IMG/VR virus record: IMGVR_UViG_3300021964_000012
Location: 62,001-126,000 of that record
Strand: one strand, 5' to 3'
Length of the DNA stretch: 64,000 nt
The position numbers and the translations under genes are program-made. Shown here one piece after another: positions 19,309 through 28,690 of this stretch; position 1 is the stretch's first letter, and the number at the start of each line of letters is the position of its first letter. The notes beneath the pieces are model-generated. The model saw only the letters and a list, made by a program, of their open reading frames with translations. It was not told the DNA's origin and ran no database searches.

Positions 19309-19694
19309 TACTTTACTTCGGTATATCCGTTGCCAAGATCACGACTCTGTGTATACCGTATTTCAGGATCTGCCTGCTCTTGTTCGTATGTTTCAAGAGC
19401 AACATTTCTACAAACATTCTGAAACCAACGATCAACTATTACATGCTCTTCTTCGTTTGGCTTTTGTTGATAGCCAGCACGAACAAGATTTGCAATAAAT
19501 TTTTCGTTCCAGTCTAGTTCAAATGCACCATTGTTTATATCTTCTGGATCAACATCCATGCTTAGTATAGACACATATGGTTCACCGTTAGCAGTTGCAA
19601 TTTCTTTTGCTGTTTTTTTCGTACGAGAAACTTTATTGCCTTCATGGACTCCTTTTTTAGTTGCTTTCTTTTTACCAAACAATCTTTCAAACAT
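19308..19694 (-). CDS. phage hypothetical protein
   Basis: KEIATANGEPYV...GAFELDWN...IVDRWF; coupled ORF. Confidence 0.7.
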   Translation of the reverse strand: MFERLFGKKKATKKGVHEGNKVSRTKKTAKEIATANGEPYVSILSMDVDPEDINNGAFELDWNEKFIANLVRAGYQQKPNEEEHVIVDRWFQNVCRNVALETYEQEQADPEIRYTQSRDLGNGYTEVK

Positions 19695-20299
19695 TACACT
19701 CTCCCTTGTTGTTTAAGTATATCAGTTACCTTTGACAAAACTTCATTGTAATTTTCTGGCTTTGCTGTAGGTTTAAAATCGCTTTCGTTCAATAAATTTA
19801 AGATATCTTCGTAATATAATTGTACACTATACGAGCTTTCTTTTATACCATCTAAATAATCTAAATTTAAAAGTTGTTTGTGTACGCAATACTTAATAAA
19901 GTCGTCATCAATATCTACAGTAGGTATTTGTATTACTTTGGTATTGTTCCATACATCTGTTTTCATACTAATAATCCAACTGGTAATTTGTTTTGCTATA
20001 TCCTTTCGTAGCAGTTTTATAACATAACTGCTACTCCAAGTTTGAAAGCACTCTTCTCTTTCACTATCAACCAGTGGGATATGATCAGGAAACAACTTCC
20101 ATACATAATTTTTATTGTCTTTTTTGTACTTAAAAAAATCGGCCCACTTTGCTCGTACATCGTCGTTCCAGTGATATGGTTCTTCGAAGTATTTAGAGTT
20201 TAGTTTCTTTGCTAGAAAACTTCCAAGTGCAGTTGATCCACTACGATAACTGCCTAAAATCATAACAGGAACATTGTCAGGTATTGTAAATTTTTTCAT
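19694..20299 (-). CDS. Stf0-like sulfotransferase-family protein
   Basis: GSYRSGST (5'-PSB loop), FEEP, LLRKD...QITS, YYED. Confidence 0.65.
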   Translation of the reverse strand: MKKFTIPDNVPVMILGSYRSGSTALGSFLAKKLNSKYFEEPYHWNDDVRAKWADFFKYKKDNKNYVWKLFPDHIPLVDSEREECFQTWSSSYVIKLLRKDIAKQITSWIISMKTDVWNNTKVIQIPTVDIDDDFIKYCVHKQLLNLDYLDGIKESSYSVQLYYEDILNLLNESDFKPTAKPENYNEVLSKVTDILKQQGRV

Positions 20300-20340
20300 T
20301 ACAATTTTCCATCTTCCCTTTTGATTTTATCAAACATATT

Positions 20341-21093
20341 CTACCTCTTGTTTTTAAAAACCGGTATAGGTTGCATTTTATGCAAGTTTTTAGCTCTAAG
20401 TTCGCGATATTTTTCCAATGATTCTACTTCAGGGCCAACTGCAAGTGCATTTAGGTCATCAAGTTGCATTGCTCTTTCCATCTGTTGGTAAGATAGTCCT
20501 CCTAATTGATCTTGGTCAGTTCTGCCATCCTCCCATAACCCATCAGTTGGTTGAGCATCAATGATACGTTGGTCGATTCCTAGGTCTCTGCCAAGTTGCC
20601 ATACTTCAGTTTTGTATAAATCTGCAATAGGTGAAATGTCAACACCACCGTCACCATATTTTGTATAAAAGCCAACACCAAAGTCTTCAACTTTGTTTCC
20701 TGTACCTACAACTATGCCACCAAATGTTTGTGCCTTTTGATACAATGTCATCATTCTCAACCTAGCACGTGAGTTTGCCAGTGCTAGTTCATTTTTTGGA
20801 AACTGAAATAGGTCTTCAAATTTTTCAAATACTGGTGTAAGATCAATCATTTCAAAACTAGAATTCATGTAGTGTTCGCCTAACCATAAACAGTGATCTA
20901 CACCTAAGTCAGTTTGCTCTTGTTTCTGCCTTATTGGCATTACTAATGCAAGTGTTGGAATACCAGTCATTGAACACAATGTACTAACCACAGCACTATC
21001 TATGCCACCGCTTACACCAACTACTAACTGCTGAATGTTATGCTCTTTACAGTAGGTTTTAATCCAATCTTTAATCTCAGTTTTTAAATCCAT
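20341..21093 (-). CDS. nadE: NH3-dependent NAD+ synthetase
   Basis: GVSGGIDSA, NSRARLRM, GTGNKVE, GFYTKYGDG, PIADLYKTEV, PTDGLW. Confidence 0.95.
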   Translation of the reverse strand: MDLKTEIKDWIKTYCKEHNIQQLVVGVSGGIDSAVVSTLCSMTGIPTLALVMPIRQKQEQTDLGVDHCLWLGEHYMNSSFEMIDLTPVFEKFEDLFQFPKNELALANSRARLRMMTLYQKAQTFGGIVVGTGNKVEDFGVGFYTKYGDGGVDISPIADLYKTEVWQLGRDLGIDQRIIDAQPTDGLWEDGRTDQDQLGGLSYQQMERAMQLDDLNALAVGPEVESLEKYRELRAKNLHKMQPIPVFKNKR

Positions 21094-21094
21094 A

Positions 21095-21706
21095 TTAAAA
21101 GAAATACTCCTTATGTTTATCAGTATCTAACAGTACTTGCAAGATAGTATTATATAGTATATTTTCACTTTTGTCAACACTGAAATCAGGGTAGATTCCA
21201 AACGTTTTAAAATTATTTTGTTCCGAAAAACATTTCATTTGAAGATAATTAAAGTATTTGAAACTGCTATAATCAGGATGCTTGTTATTGTCTTTGACGT
21301 TATGTTTCATGTAACTACTTAACATCCAACCAATTTTAGTTTCGGCATGTATACTATCTCTTAATGTGTGAACAAGCAAAAAAGGCAGTTGACAACTTAA
21401 CCAATTACTTCTGGTCCAGTCTTTAATAAGTGTCCATGTTTGAAGAGTATCTGTTTTCAAACTAAAGTTTTGTTCTGCAAGACTACTAGAATTCTGACTA
21501 AAAAATATAAAATCTATTGGATGGTCAAACCTACAATGACGTTGTACAAATAATATATCAATATCTTTCCAGTCTACTGTAATATTATTACATTTTGGAT
21601 GCTGACTGCTCCCAATATTGGTAACTGAATATCCATTTTCAAGTAGTGTATCAACAACAATTGCACCTTTGCCTTGTCCGCCACCTACTACAATTGCATT
21701 TTTCAT
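21095..21706 (-). CDS. short-chain dehydrogenase/reductase-like protein
   Basis: VVGGGQGKG Rossmann motif and YSSFK (YxxxK). Confidence 0.6.
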   Translation of the reverse strand: MKNAIVVGGGQGKGAIVVDTLLENGYSVTNIGSSQHPKCNNITVDWKDIDILFVQRHCRFDHPIDFIFFSQNSSSLAEQNFSLKTDTLQTWTLIKDWTRSNWLSCQLPFLLVHTLRDSIHAETKIGWMLSSYMKHNVKDNNKHPDYSSFKYFNYLQMKCFSEQNNFKTFGIYPDFSVDKSENILYNTILQVLLDTDKHKEYFF

Positions 21707-22848
21707 ACCAACTCCGGATAAAGATTTTTCCAATTACTACCCTGCAATTTATCAATTTTATCAAAATATTGTCTATAATCATTGACTGCATCATATTCAA
21801 GTTCACGTAAGCAATTCTTAATATTGCCACTGATATTCAAATTGTCACAGTACTTTACTAGATAATCTTCTAGTTTAGTTTTCACCTGTTCTTTTATTTT
21901 TGTAGGTAGATTCCTACAACGTAGGCGTTCTTGTCCCATGGTTACTTGATTTATCGTATGATCAATGGCACCCACTTCTTGCATAAAGTAATCAATGATG
22001 TCTGGAAGTTCTTGTGCAGTTAGTACAAAAAATACAGTATTGGCTCTCAAGTCAACATTAGTTTGTGCTTGGAGAAACTTTATATTATTGAGCGTGGTAT
22101 TCCAGTTGCCACCTCTTCTAATATAATTAAATTTTTCCCCAAATCCGTCGATGCTACAAGTAAACATCACATTAGGAAATTTAAGTATTTCTTGCACAAT
22201 GGCATTGTCTTGTTTCCACTGCATATTTGTGTTTACTCTTACAAGCAAATCAGGACGTTTTTCAATCTGCCTCAGTAATTTAAGATTATACTTGATAAGT
22301 GTGGGTTCACCACCGCTCATATAAATTTCATTGAGTCTGGCTTGATGGGTGACTACATAATCTATTATTTTATTAGCAACTGCAGGAGGAGTATGTTGTA
22401 CTGGCATATTTTGCTCTACTGCAATGCTACTACTTTGTTTGTGCCAACAAGTAACACATTTAAGATCGCATAAACTACTCCAATGTAAATCTAATGCTTT
22501 AAGTTGGAACTGTGATACATCTGTATAATCTATAGTGCTATCAATGCTTAACTCATTATAAAGATTGCGTAGGCTTAAAAAGTCACCGGCACCTGTTGAA
22601 TTTTCTAAACTTAGACAACTTTTGCAATTGTCTGTAATATTGTCATTGAGAATTTTTTTTCTAAGAGTTTTATATTTGTCATTGAACAATGTTTCTTCAA
22701 GCGTCGTATTGGTTAGATCATAGCTTACGAGACTACGAGTACAAGCCCTTGTGAATCCATTTGTATCCACATACAGCACGGTCCATGGAGCACTACAAAA
22801 ATGTTTGTGTTGCTTAAAAAGTTTAAATTTTGTTTTAGGATCAAACAC
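21703..22848 (-). CDS. radical SAM protein with N-terminal Twitch/SPASM-like domain
   Basis: FCSAPW...C...CKSC, then CDLKCVTC, GGEP, NTN, SIDG, YIR. Confidence 0.85.
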   Translation of the reverse strand: MFDPKTKFKLFKQHKHFCSAPWTVLYVDTNGFTRACTRSLVSYDLTNTTLEETLFNDKYKTLRKKILNDNITDNCKSCLSLENSTGAGDFLSLRNLYNELSIDSTIDYTDVSQFQLKALDLHWSSLCDLKCVTCWHKQSSSIAVEQNMPVQHTPPAVANKIIDYVVTHQARLNEIYMSGGEPTLIKYNLKLLRQIEKRPDLLVRVNTNMQWKQDNAIVQEILKFPNVMFTCSIDGFGEKFNYIRRGGNWNTTLNNIKFLQAQTNVDLRANTVFFVLTAQELPDIIDYFMQEVGAIDHTINQVTMGQERLRCRNLPTKIKEQVKTKLEDYLVKYCDNLNISGNIKNCLRELEYDAVNDYRQYFDKIDKLQGSNWKNLYPELV

Positions 22849-23287
22849 TATTTAATAACCATGTATAGAAAGGCGTTGTATAGAATAAAGTCCAATAACC
22901 ATTCCATCCCCAAACAAGAGATCCAGTTTGATATTCAGGTAAAGTAATACCTTGATCCTTTTGTTCTGTATACCAAGGTTCGGGGTACTTTGGAAAATAC
23001 TTTGAATGATCTAAGATCTTTGCTAGATCTATTCCATCAACAGACATTGAAGTAAGTTCTAACTGTTGAGAATTAATTTCATCATGATTTTCTCTTAATA
23101 TTTTTAAACAATAGTCACTGTTACTATTAAGATTAAGTTCAAAATTAGCAGTATAATTGTTGTTAACTATTGTAGATGGATATACAATTTCATTGTTATT
23201 AAGAATAACAAAACTAGGGGGCAGTAGTTCGTATGTTGCTTTAAAATTAACAGTGAAATTAATTTGTTCAGAATTACTAAAATTCAT
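22841..23287 (-). CDS. hypothetical beta-rich protein
   Basis: YPEPW...WGWNGYW...PFYTWL; resembles the N-terminal part of 35668..36717. Confidence 0.6.
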   Translation of the reverse strand: MNFSNSEQINFTVNFKATYELLPPSFVILNNNEIVYPSTIVNNNYTANFELNLNSNSDYCLKILRENHDEINSQQLELTSMSVDGIDLAKILDHSKYFPKYPEPWYTEQKDQGITLPEYQTGSLVWGWNGYWTLFYTTPFYTWLLNSV

Positions 23288-23354
23288 CTATAAGCCCTTG
23301 CTTCTTAACTTGCTCAAGTCTATTGGTGCTTTCATTGCTCGTTCAAGCGGTGTA

Positions 23355-24290
23355 CTAGGTGCCCCATGCGTTTCCGAAGAGGCTAATGTGTAGTCTGGGT
23401 GTAAACCTCCATCCTCTCTCCATGCAGAGTCTTGCAACTTCTTGGACGTTGAGAACATATTCTTCACTCCTGCCACCCAACGGCATAAGATATACAGGAC
23501 ATTCAATCCCTGCTTGCCTATACTCGTCAACAGCTCGACCAGCTTCATTGATATCAGTTTCATCAGCAACCACAAACTTGAGATACATGTCACTACCGAC
23601 CACAGACTGATAATCACGAGCCACTGCAGGCTTAATAGCAGTCTCCCAAGGTTCTCCTGAAACTGTGAGCTTTGGGGAACAACTCCAAGTAACCTTAAAC
23701 CTCTCTTGAGTGGAGAGATAATCGCCAAAATCTTCATGTAGCATTTGTGTTGTATTAGTTTCAAATGTAACATTTTTCAAGTCCTTCATTTTTGGATGTT
23801 CAAACAATTCAACATACAATCTTTGCCAAGCAAGTAAAGGCTCACCACCTGTCATTATCAAGTGTACGTCTTGCCCATTATCCATTGTCCATTTGCCTTC
23901 TGGCAGTAAACTGATTAAATGTTCAACTACTTCATCAACTGTACGTAGCATGTTGAAGTGTTTAAACTCAGGATAGATACTAGCATATGTATCGCAACCT
24001 GTGTGTATTATTGGCAAGTCGTTGAACTCTTTTGTATTTTTATGTATGCCTGTATCAAGCAAACCTTGTACTTCTTGATTGTGTATTATACCTTGTTTTT
24101 GTTTTTCATCTCGCATGGGTTCTGATCTATCCAAACCAAAGTTCATGCATCTAAAGTTACAACCAAATGTACGTAAGAACACACTAGGTACTCCTACAAA
24201 TTTACCTTCGCCTTGCACACTGTAAAAGGCTTCACTGTATCGTAATTTTGCTTGTTTGTTGGTGGCAACTGTTTGTTCTTCTACTACCAT
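23355..24290 (-). CDS. queE: 7-carboxy-7-deazaguanine synthase (radical SAM)
   Basis: EAFYSVQGEG, FLRTFGCNFRC-(long insert)-CDT, TGGEP, ETN, SPK, RLH. Confidence 0.9.
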   Translation of the reverse strand: MVVEEQTVATNKQAKLRYSEAFYSVQGEGKFVGVPSVFLRTFGCNFRCMNFGLDRSEPMRDEKQKQGIIHNQEVQGLLDTGIHKNTKEFNDLPIIHTGCDTYASIYPEFKHFNMLRTVDEVVEHLISLLPEGKWTMDNGQDVHLIMTGGEPLLAWQRLYVELFEHPKMKDLKNVTFETNTTQMLHEDFGDYLSTQERFKVTWSCSPKLTVSGEPWETAIKPAVARDYQSVVGSDMYLKFVVADETDINEAGRAVDEYRQAGIECPVYLMPLGGRSEEYVLNVQEVARLCMERGWRFTPRLHISLFGNAWGT

Positions 24291-24493
24291 ATTCCTAATG
24301 TCCTTCCGTTACCCATTATTATAGCACAACATGTAACAATATGCAAGACTATCCAAAAGGTTCGCATAGCAAGAGCAAGTCTGACATTTTGTTGTGTAAT
24401 AGGCAAAAACTCAGGCTTGTCATCATCAGTGATGCCAATTGGCATTCCAACTGTTCTTGCCCAGGTCCTAAGCCAACGTCGTTGTCCACTCAT
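24284..24493 (-). CDS. small membrane protein
   Basis: WLRTWARTVG...single C-terminal TM; coupled ORF. Confidence 0.6.
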   Translation of the reverse strand: MSGQRRWLRTWARTVGMPIGITDDDKPEFLPITQQNVRLALAMRTFWIVLHIVTCCAIIMGNGRTLGIW

Positions 24494-24714
24494 TTAGATT
24501 CAGTTACTTTCTGTAGTTGAAGTTCTTTGCCAACTATTTCACGCAGTTTTAATCCGTTACCCATTGGGTCCATGTTTTCATAACGTGTTAAACAATCACG
24601 TGCATTAATATCTTTCCAGATTTCCTTACGTCCATCTGGCCAAGATATTTCGTACCTACGTAAACTTTTGTCCCAGCTCTTAGGCGAGCCGTCTTTCATA
24701 TAGGTAACAGTCAT
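24490..24714 (-). CDS. hypothetical protein
   Basis: 74-aa ORF coupled on both sides. Confidence 0.6.
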   Translation of the reverse strand: MTVTYMKDGSPKSWDKSLRRYEISWPDGRKEIWKDINARDCLTRYENMDPMGNGLKLREIVGKELQLQKVTESK

Positions 24715-25304
24715 TACCGCATAACCTCTTCATTTGGATTCCAACGACTCCACCATTCTTCCCATGGAAAAACAATCCAACTTGGATCATCTACTTTGTT
24801 GATTTCTTCTGCGGCATAGCTAACTTTCAGAACTGCGTCGCTTGCACTGTTATCATATAATACTGCAAAACGTGTTGATTCATTCCATATAGTATTCCAA
24901 ACATAGAGTAAATTATCATCGATCTTTTTATTGATTGTGTTTTCCCAATCTTGTTTGATCCAATTAATAGTTGCACCTGAATCATTTATATCATCTACAA
25001 TTAGGACTTTCTTACGTTGCCCAACGTCCCATCTTGCACCACTGTGTCGACCGTCATTCATGCCAAATGCTATTTCTGCTAATTTCTCATTGCTTTCACA
25101 TGGTACATGTTTGCCATCACGTAATCTTACATCAAGTGTATACATAGTAACATCTAAATATTGACTTAACAAGTTGCTTAGTGTTAGTCCGCCTCTTGTG
25201 ATACCCACGATAAAGTCAGGCTTCCATGAATCTTTCTGCATTTGACGCAATATTTCTTGAGTTTGTCTTTGTACATCATGCCAGGTTACATAGACTTTTT
25301 TCAT
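24714..25304 (-). CDS. type I purine phosphoribosyltransferase (Gpt/Hpt-like)
   Basis: IVGITRGG, VLIVDDINDSGAT (PRPP-binding), WIVFPWE. Confidence 0.88.
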   Translation of the reverse strand: MKKVYVTWHDVQRQTQEILRQMQKDSWKPDFIVGITRGGLTLSNLLSQYLDVTMYTLDVRLRDGKHVPCESNEKLAEIAFGMNDGRHSGARWDVGQRKKVLIVDDINDSGATINWIKQDWENTINKKIDDNLLYVWNTIWNESTRFAVLYDNSASDAVLKVSYAAEEINKVDDPSWIVFPWEEWWSRWNPNEEVMR

Positions 25305-25317
25305 AGTATTAATCCTT

Positions 25318-26151
25318 TCAAGTGCTGACTTTATAGGTGGTTAGGAATCCTTTGGTATCTTGTTCTAATAACTTGTCATTATAATTTGCTTTGCCTTCTT
25401 GTACACTATCAAAGAATCCATTGTCTTGTCCAAGTCTTTTTCTAAGCCAATTCATTTTTAAAGTCCATTGCCATCTAAGATTGACTGTGTCTTTGTGTAG
25501 GAAATCACCTGGTTTGTCTGGATTTCCTTCGTGAGTTAGATCTCTTTCTTTATAGGTATCATCATTGTTATTGCCTGTAAGATCATGTCTATCGTGTAAG
25601 CATCGGCTTTTTAATTGTATTACTGCATCATTAGGGTAAGCCACTTGACTTATCCATGCATCAATATAAGGAAAAGGACTGCAGGTACCAAAGAATACAA
25701 CCCAGTCACGTGGTATGATTGGAAATATTGCATAAGGATGTCCATGATTATCTTGCATTCTTAGTACTGCAAATTGCCCATTATAACTGAGCACTTCTGT
25801 ATCCCATCCTTTACTTTCCATTCTGGCATCATCATTCCATGTAAGTAACCATCGACCTCGAGACTCAGTTGCCAATTGATTATCATATTCATTGAGCCTA
25901 GCATAACCTAATCTAGGCTGAACAAAACACTGAAAATCAACGTCTGCCTCTTCAAAATAAGGAACCATTGTGTTGTTTACATAATCAATCGTTTCTTTAT
26001 CGTCGTCGTCAACTGCTACTAAAAATTCTATACCACTAGGATCATCAGCAGTTTCTATACAACTTTTCATGCTTTCTAAAGCCAGTTCTGGACGGCCACG
26101 AGTTGCCATTTTCACACTGATATTTGTTGAAGGTTCTATATTAAATGGCAT
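25318..26151 (-). CDS. GT-A (GT2-like) glycosyltransferase
   Basis: ATRGRP, VDDDD, WNDD, HDRHDLTGNNND; paralog of 51602..52312. Confidence 0.7.
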   Translation of the reverse strand: MPFNIEPSTNISVKMATRGRPELALESMKSCIETADDPSGIEFLVAVDDDDKETIDYVNNTMVPYFEEADVDFQCFVQPRLGYARLNEYDNQLATESRGRWLLTWNDDARMESKGWDTEVLSYNGQFAVLRMQDNHGHPYAIFPIIPRDWVVFFGTCSPFPYIDAWISQVAYPNDAVIQLKSRCLHDRHDLTGNNNDDTYKERDLTHEGNPDKPGDFLHKDTVNLRWQWTLKMNWLRKRLGQDNGFFDSVQEGKANYNDKLLEQDTKGFLTTYKVST

Positions 26152-26738
26152 TATCTTTTCTCTACTATTTTATCAACCAATCCATAATCTAAGGCTTGTT
26201 CTGCACTCATAAATTTGTCACGATCCATGTCTCGATCAAAATCTTCGTAGGTTTTGCCTTTGGTGTTATGTTTTACATAAAGTTTTGTGAGTGTTTCTTT
26301 GATGTTTTGTATTTCTTTATAACGTATTTCAATGTCACTGGCTTGTCCGCTGGCGCCACCACTTGGTTGATGTATCATGTGTCTTGCATTAGGCAACATC
26401 AAACGTTTTCCTGGTGCACCTGCATTGGCTAAAAAACTACCCATTGAACAGGCCTGTCCCATCACAACAGTGGTTACATCTGGTTTGATGAATTGCATGG
26501 TATCGTATATGCTCATGCCAGCAGTGACTACGCCACCTGGTGAATTAATATAGAACAATATATCTTTGTCAGGATCTTCTGATTCTAAGAATAACATTTG
26601 TGCTACAATTAAATTTGCACTGTAGTCTTCAACCGTTCCATTAAGCATTACAATTCGATCTTTTAACAACCTACTGTAGATATCATATGCACGTTCACCT
26701 TTAGAGGTGGTTTCTACCACCATTGGTACCAAAGCCAT
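26151..26738 (-). CDS. clpP: ATP-dependent Clp protease proteolytic subunit
   Basis: [33 protein letters not shown] triad motifs. Start refined to MALVPMV. Confidence 0.96.
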   Translation of the reverse strand: MALVPMVVETTSKGERAYDIYSRLLKDRIVMLNGTVEDYSANLIVAQMLFLESEDPDKDILFYINSPGGVVTAGMSIYDTMQFIKPDVTTVVMGQACSMGSFLANAGAPGKRLMLPNARHMIHQPSGGASGQASDIEIRYKEIQNIKETLTKLYVKHNTKGKTYEDFDRDMDRDKFMSAEQALDYGLVDKIVEKR

Positions 26739-27193
26739 TATGTTGTGATCCTTTTGTATATTGCACTGTTTGCACCATGTTCCATACACTCAACTGAATG
26801 TACCCAACATCTGCCATCTGTTTGTTCTTTAATTAGTTTATCTGCAAAATCATATGCATGTTTGGCAAACATCTCTGCACCAACACCATCAAGTATTGTT
26901 AGTTGTGCTAGTCCTGCATCTTCTAATGTGTGAAAGTAGTGAAGTTTGTCATCATTCTCATCAAGCACAACCTTGTGATCAAATGTATCTTCTAACCACT
27001 GTTTCAATGGCTTCAATCCACCAAAGTCCACTGCCCAGTTTTTATTGTCAAGTTTGCTACAAGCAAATACAAACTTGAATCCTAAACTGTAGCCATGTAA
27101 GAATCTACAATGAGAATGATCTGCATGCGGTTGTCTAAACACTGCACTAAGTCCAATGTTGTGTCCATAAGTTTTTGTACTATAGTATGCCAT
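26738..27193 (-). CDS. queD: 6-carboxytetrahydropterin synthase
   Basis: C-x-x-LHGYS, [21 protein letters not shown]. Confidence 0.9.
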   Translation of the reverse strand: MAYYSTKTYGHNIGLSAVFRQPHADHSHCRFLHGYSLGFKFVFACSKLDNKNWAVDFGGLKPLKQWLEDTFDHKVVLDENDDKLHYFHTLEDAGLAQLTILDGVGAEMFAKHAYDFADKLIKEQTDGRCWVHSVECMEHGANSAIYKRITT

Positions 27194-27201
27194 ACGTTCT
27201 C

Positions 27202-27504
27202 CTATTCAGCATCTTCATCTAACCATGGTTGGTACCATGCTTCCCAATCCATGTTAAAACTTTCGTCTTGTTCAGCATAGTGTTTTGCTTCTTCTAACAG
27301 TCCTGGGTATTGTTCTAGCATTTCACGGAAGTAGCCTGCTTGTTCTTCACTTGCTTCTTCTTTTACTTCTTCTGCACGATCCCAATCATCTTCATTGTCG
27401 CTTTCCATTAATCTATCTGATTCTTCCCAGGTATCCCATGCTTGATGATGTGCTTCTTCATTTAGATCATGAATTATATCATGTACTTCTTCTTTGGTTC
27501 TCAT
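27202..27504 (-). CDS. small, very acidic helical protein
   Basis: Start refined to MRTKEEV; Asp/Glu-dominated with several Trp. Confidence 0.65.
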   Translation of the reverse strand: MRTKEEVHDIIHDLNEEAHHQAWDTWEESDRLMESDNEDDWDRAEEVKEEASEEQAGYFREMLEQYPGLLEEAKHYAEQDESFNMDWEAWYQPWLDEDAE

Positions 27505-27505
27505 A

Positions 27506-28273
27506 TTAGTAGTCCCATACTCGTGCATAATAGCCTTTGCCTGTGGTGTCACCACCTACGTTATCAACTGGTTCACCTTTGTATTCAACTTCTGTTATTA
27601 TGGTATCACCATTTGGTTGTGCTTCCACATAAATTTTCAACTTTGTTGGGTCAAATTTTGAACCATCATCAACATGCACAACACCGTCAAAGAACGATCC
27701 TTTTTCTGCACTCATACCATAAAACACATATGGACCAGGAACGGTACCGTCATCTAGTGGCAATGGTTCACCTTCATTGTCGCCTTCTTCTACAAATCCA
27801 TTTGGGTATAGTGCTTTGTCAAGATCAAATTCACCATCTTCTTTTTCTATATTGTTGTCAGTAATATACTTTGGAGTGTCTTCATTGTCAACTATATCGG
27901 CAATATGTTTTGAGCTATAGTCTTCTCCGTCTCGTTCTTCAATGTTTATCCAACTGTTGTCTATATCAACTCCATAGTTGTGTTCTAATTCACCAGGTGC
28001 TTCATACCATTCACTGTAGAAATCTTCTCCAGCATTGTATAGAAAGTTTGCTTCAGTCGGTAAGTCTGGATTAGTATCTGTAACATAGTCTTCTGGTGAA
28101 CCCATGTAGCTTTCTAATTCACTGTCACCCTGTTCATTCCAATATTCGAATGCTTCTTGACTGATACGTGCATAGACTGTTTCACCACCATAGCCACCAA
28201 TGCTTATGTGATAGTATCTGTCTGGACGTTTAATTGCTTCAATTAGTTCTTCATCAGTTGCCATAGTTGCCAC
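27506..28273 (-). CDS. acidic hypothetical protein
   Basis: IGGYGGE...SAEKGSFF...FDPTKL...GDTTGKG; highly acidic. Confidence 0.7.
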   Translation of the reverse strand: MATMATDEELIEAIKRPDRYYHISIGGYGGETVYARISQEAFEYWNEQGDSELESYMGSPEDYVTDTNPDLPTEANFLYNAGEDFYSEWYEAPGELEHNYGVDIDNSWINIEERDGEDYSSKHIADIVDNEDTPKYITDNNIEKEDGEFDLDKALYPNGFVEEGDNEGEPLPLDDGTVPGPYVFYGMSAEKGSFFDGVVHVDDGSKFDPTKLKIYVEAQPNGDTIITEVEYKGEPVDNVGGDTTGKGYYARVWDY

Positions 28274-28637
28274 TCCCTGGTATTACGTTGCGAACTCCGC
28301 CTGTGGGGTCTTTTGTATCGCCATCACGTCTAAAAATTAAATGCACATGAGGATACATCACAGTTTGACCTGCACTGGTACCTACGTTGATACCAACGTT
28401 AAAGCCTGTAATTTCGTTGTCTTTGCCTTCAACGTTTGCATTACCCATTTGCATTGCATAATTGAAACAACGAAGCAAGTTCTGCATGTTCGACTCACGA
28501 GGCACAACCAGTGTGTGCCCTGGCGTAACCGGAAAGCCATCATTGTAGACAACAAATTCTTTTGTTTCTAGTTGCACATCGGTCCAAGGGGCTCTACCCT
28601 CTTGCTTTGCCACTTCTAACGTATCTAAACTATGCAT
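28254..28637 (-). CDS. HIT-family nucleotide hydrolase
   Basis: DGFPVTPGHTLVVP, N-x-G-x-x-AGQTV-x-YPHVH, RRDGD. Confidence 0.9.
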   Translation of the reverse strand: MHSLDTLEVAKQEGRAPWTDVQLETKEFVVYNDGFPVTPGHTLVVPRESNMQNLLRCFNYAMQMGNANVEGKDNEITGFNVGINVGTSAGQTVMYPHVHLIFRRDGDTKDPTGGVRNVIPGSGNYGN

Positions 28638-28662
28638 CGCTTGCCTCGTTGTTAATACTGTT

Positions 28663-28690
28663 ATTATAGCAGTTTATGAGCAAATGTCAA
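28663..28690 (-). promoter_or_regulatory. sigma70-type promoter
   Basis: TTGACA-16 nt-TATAAT with TG. Confidence 0.7.

Noticed and set aside
23288-23773. Alternative-frame ORF or frameshift extension over the queE 3' end
   Set aside because: QueE ends normally at FGNAWGT and no slippery site is evident; at most a 15-aa coupling peptide.
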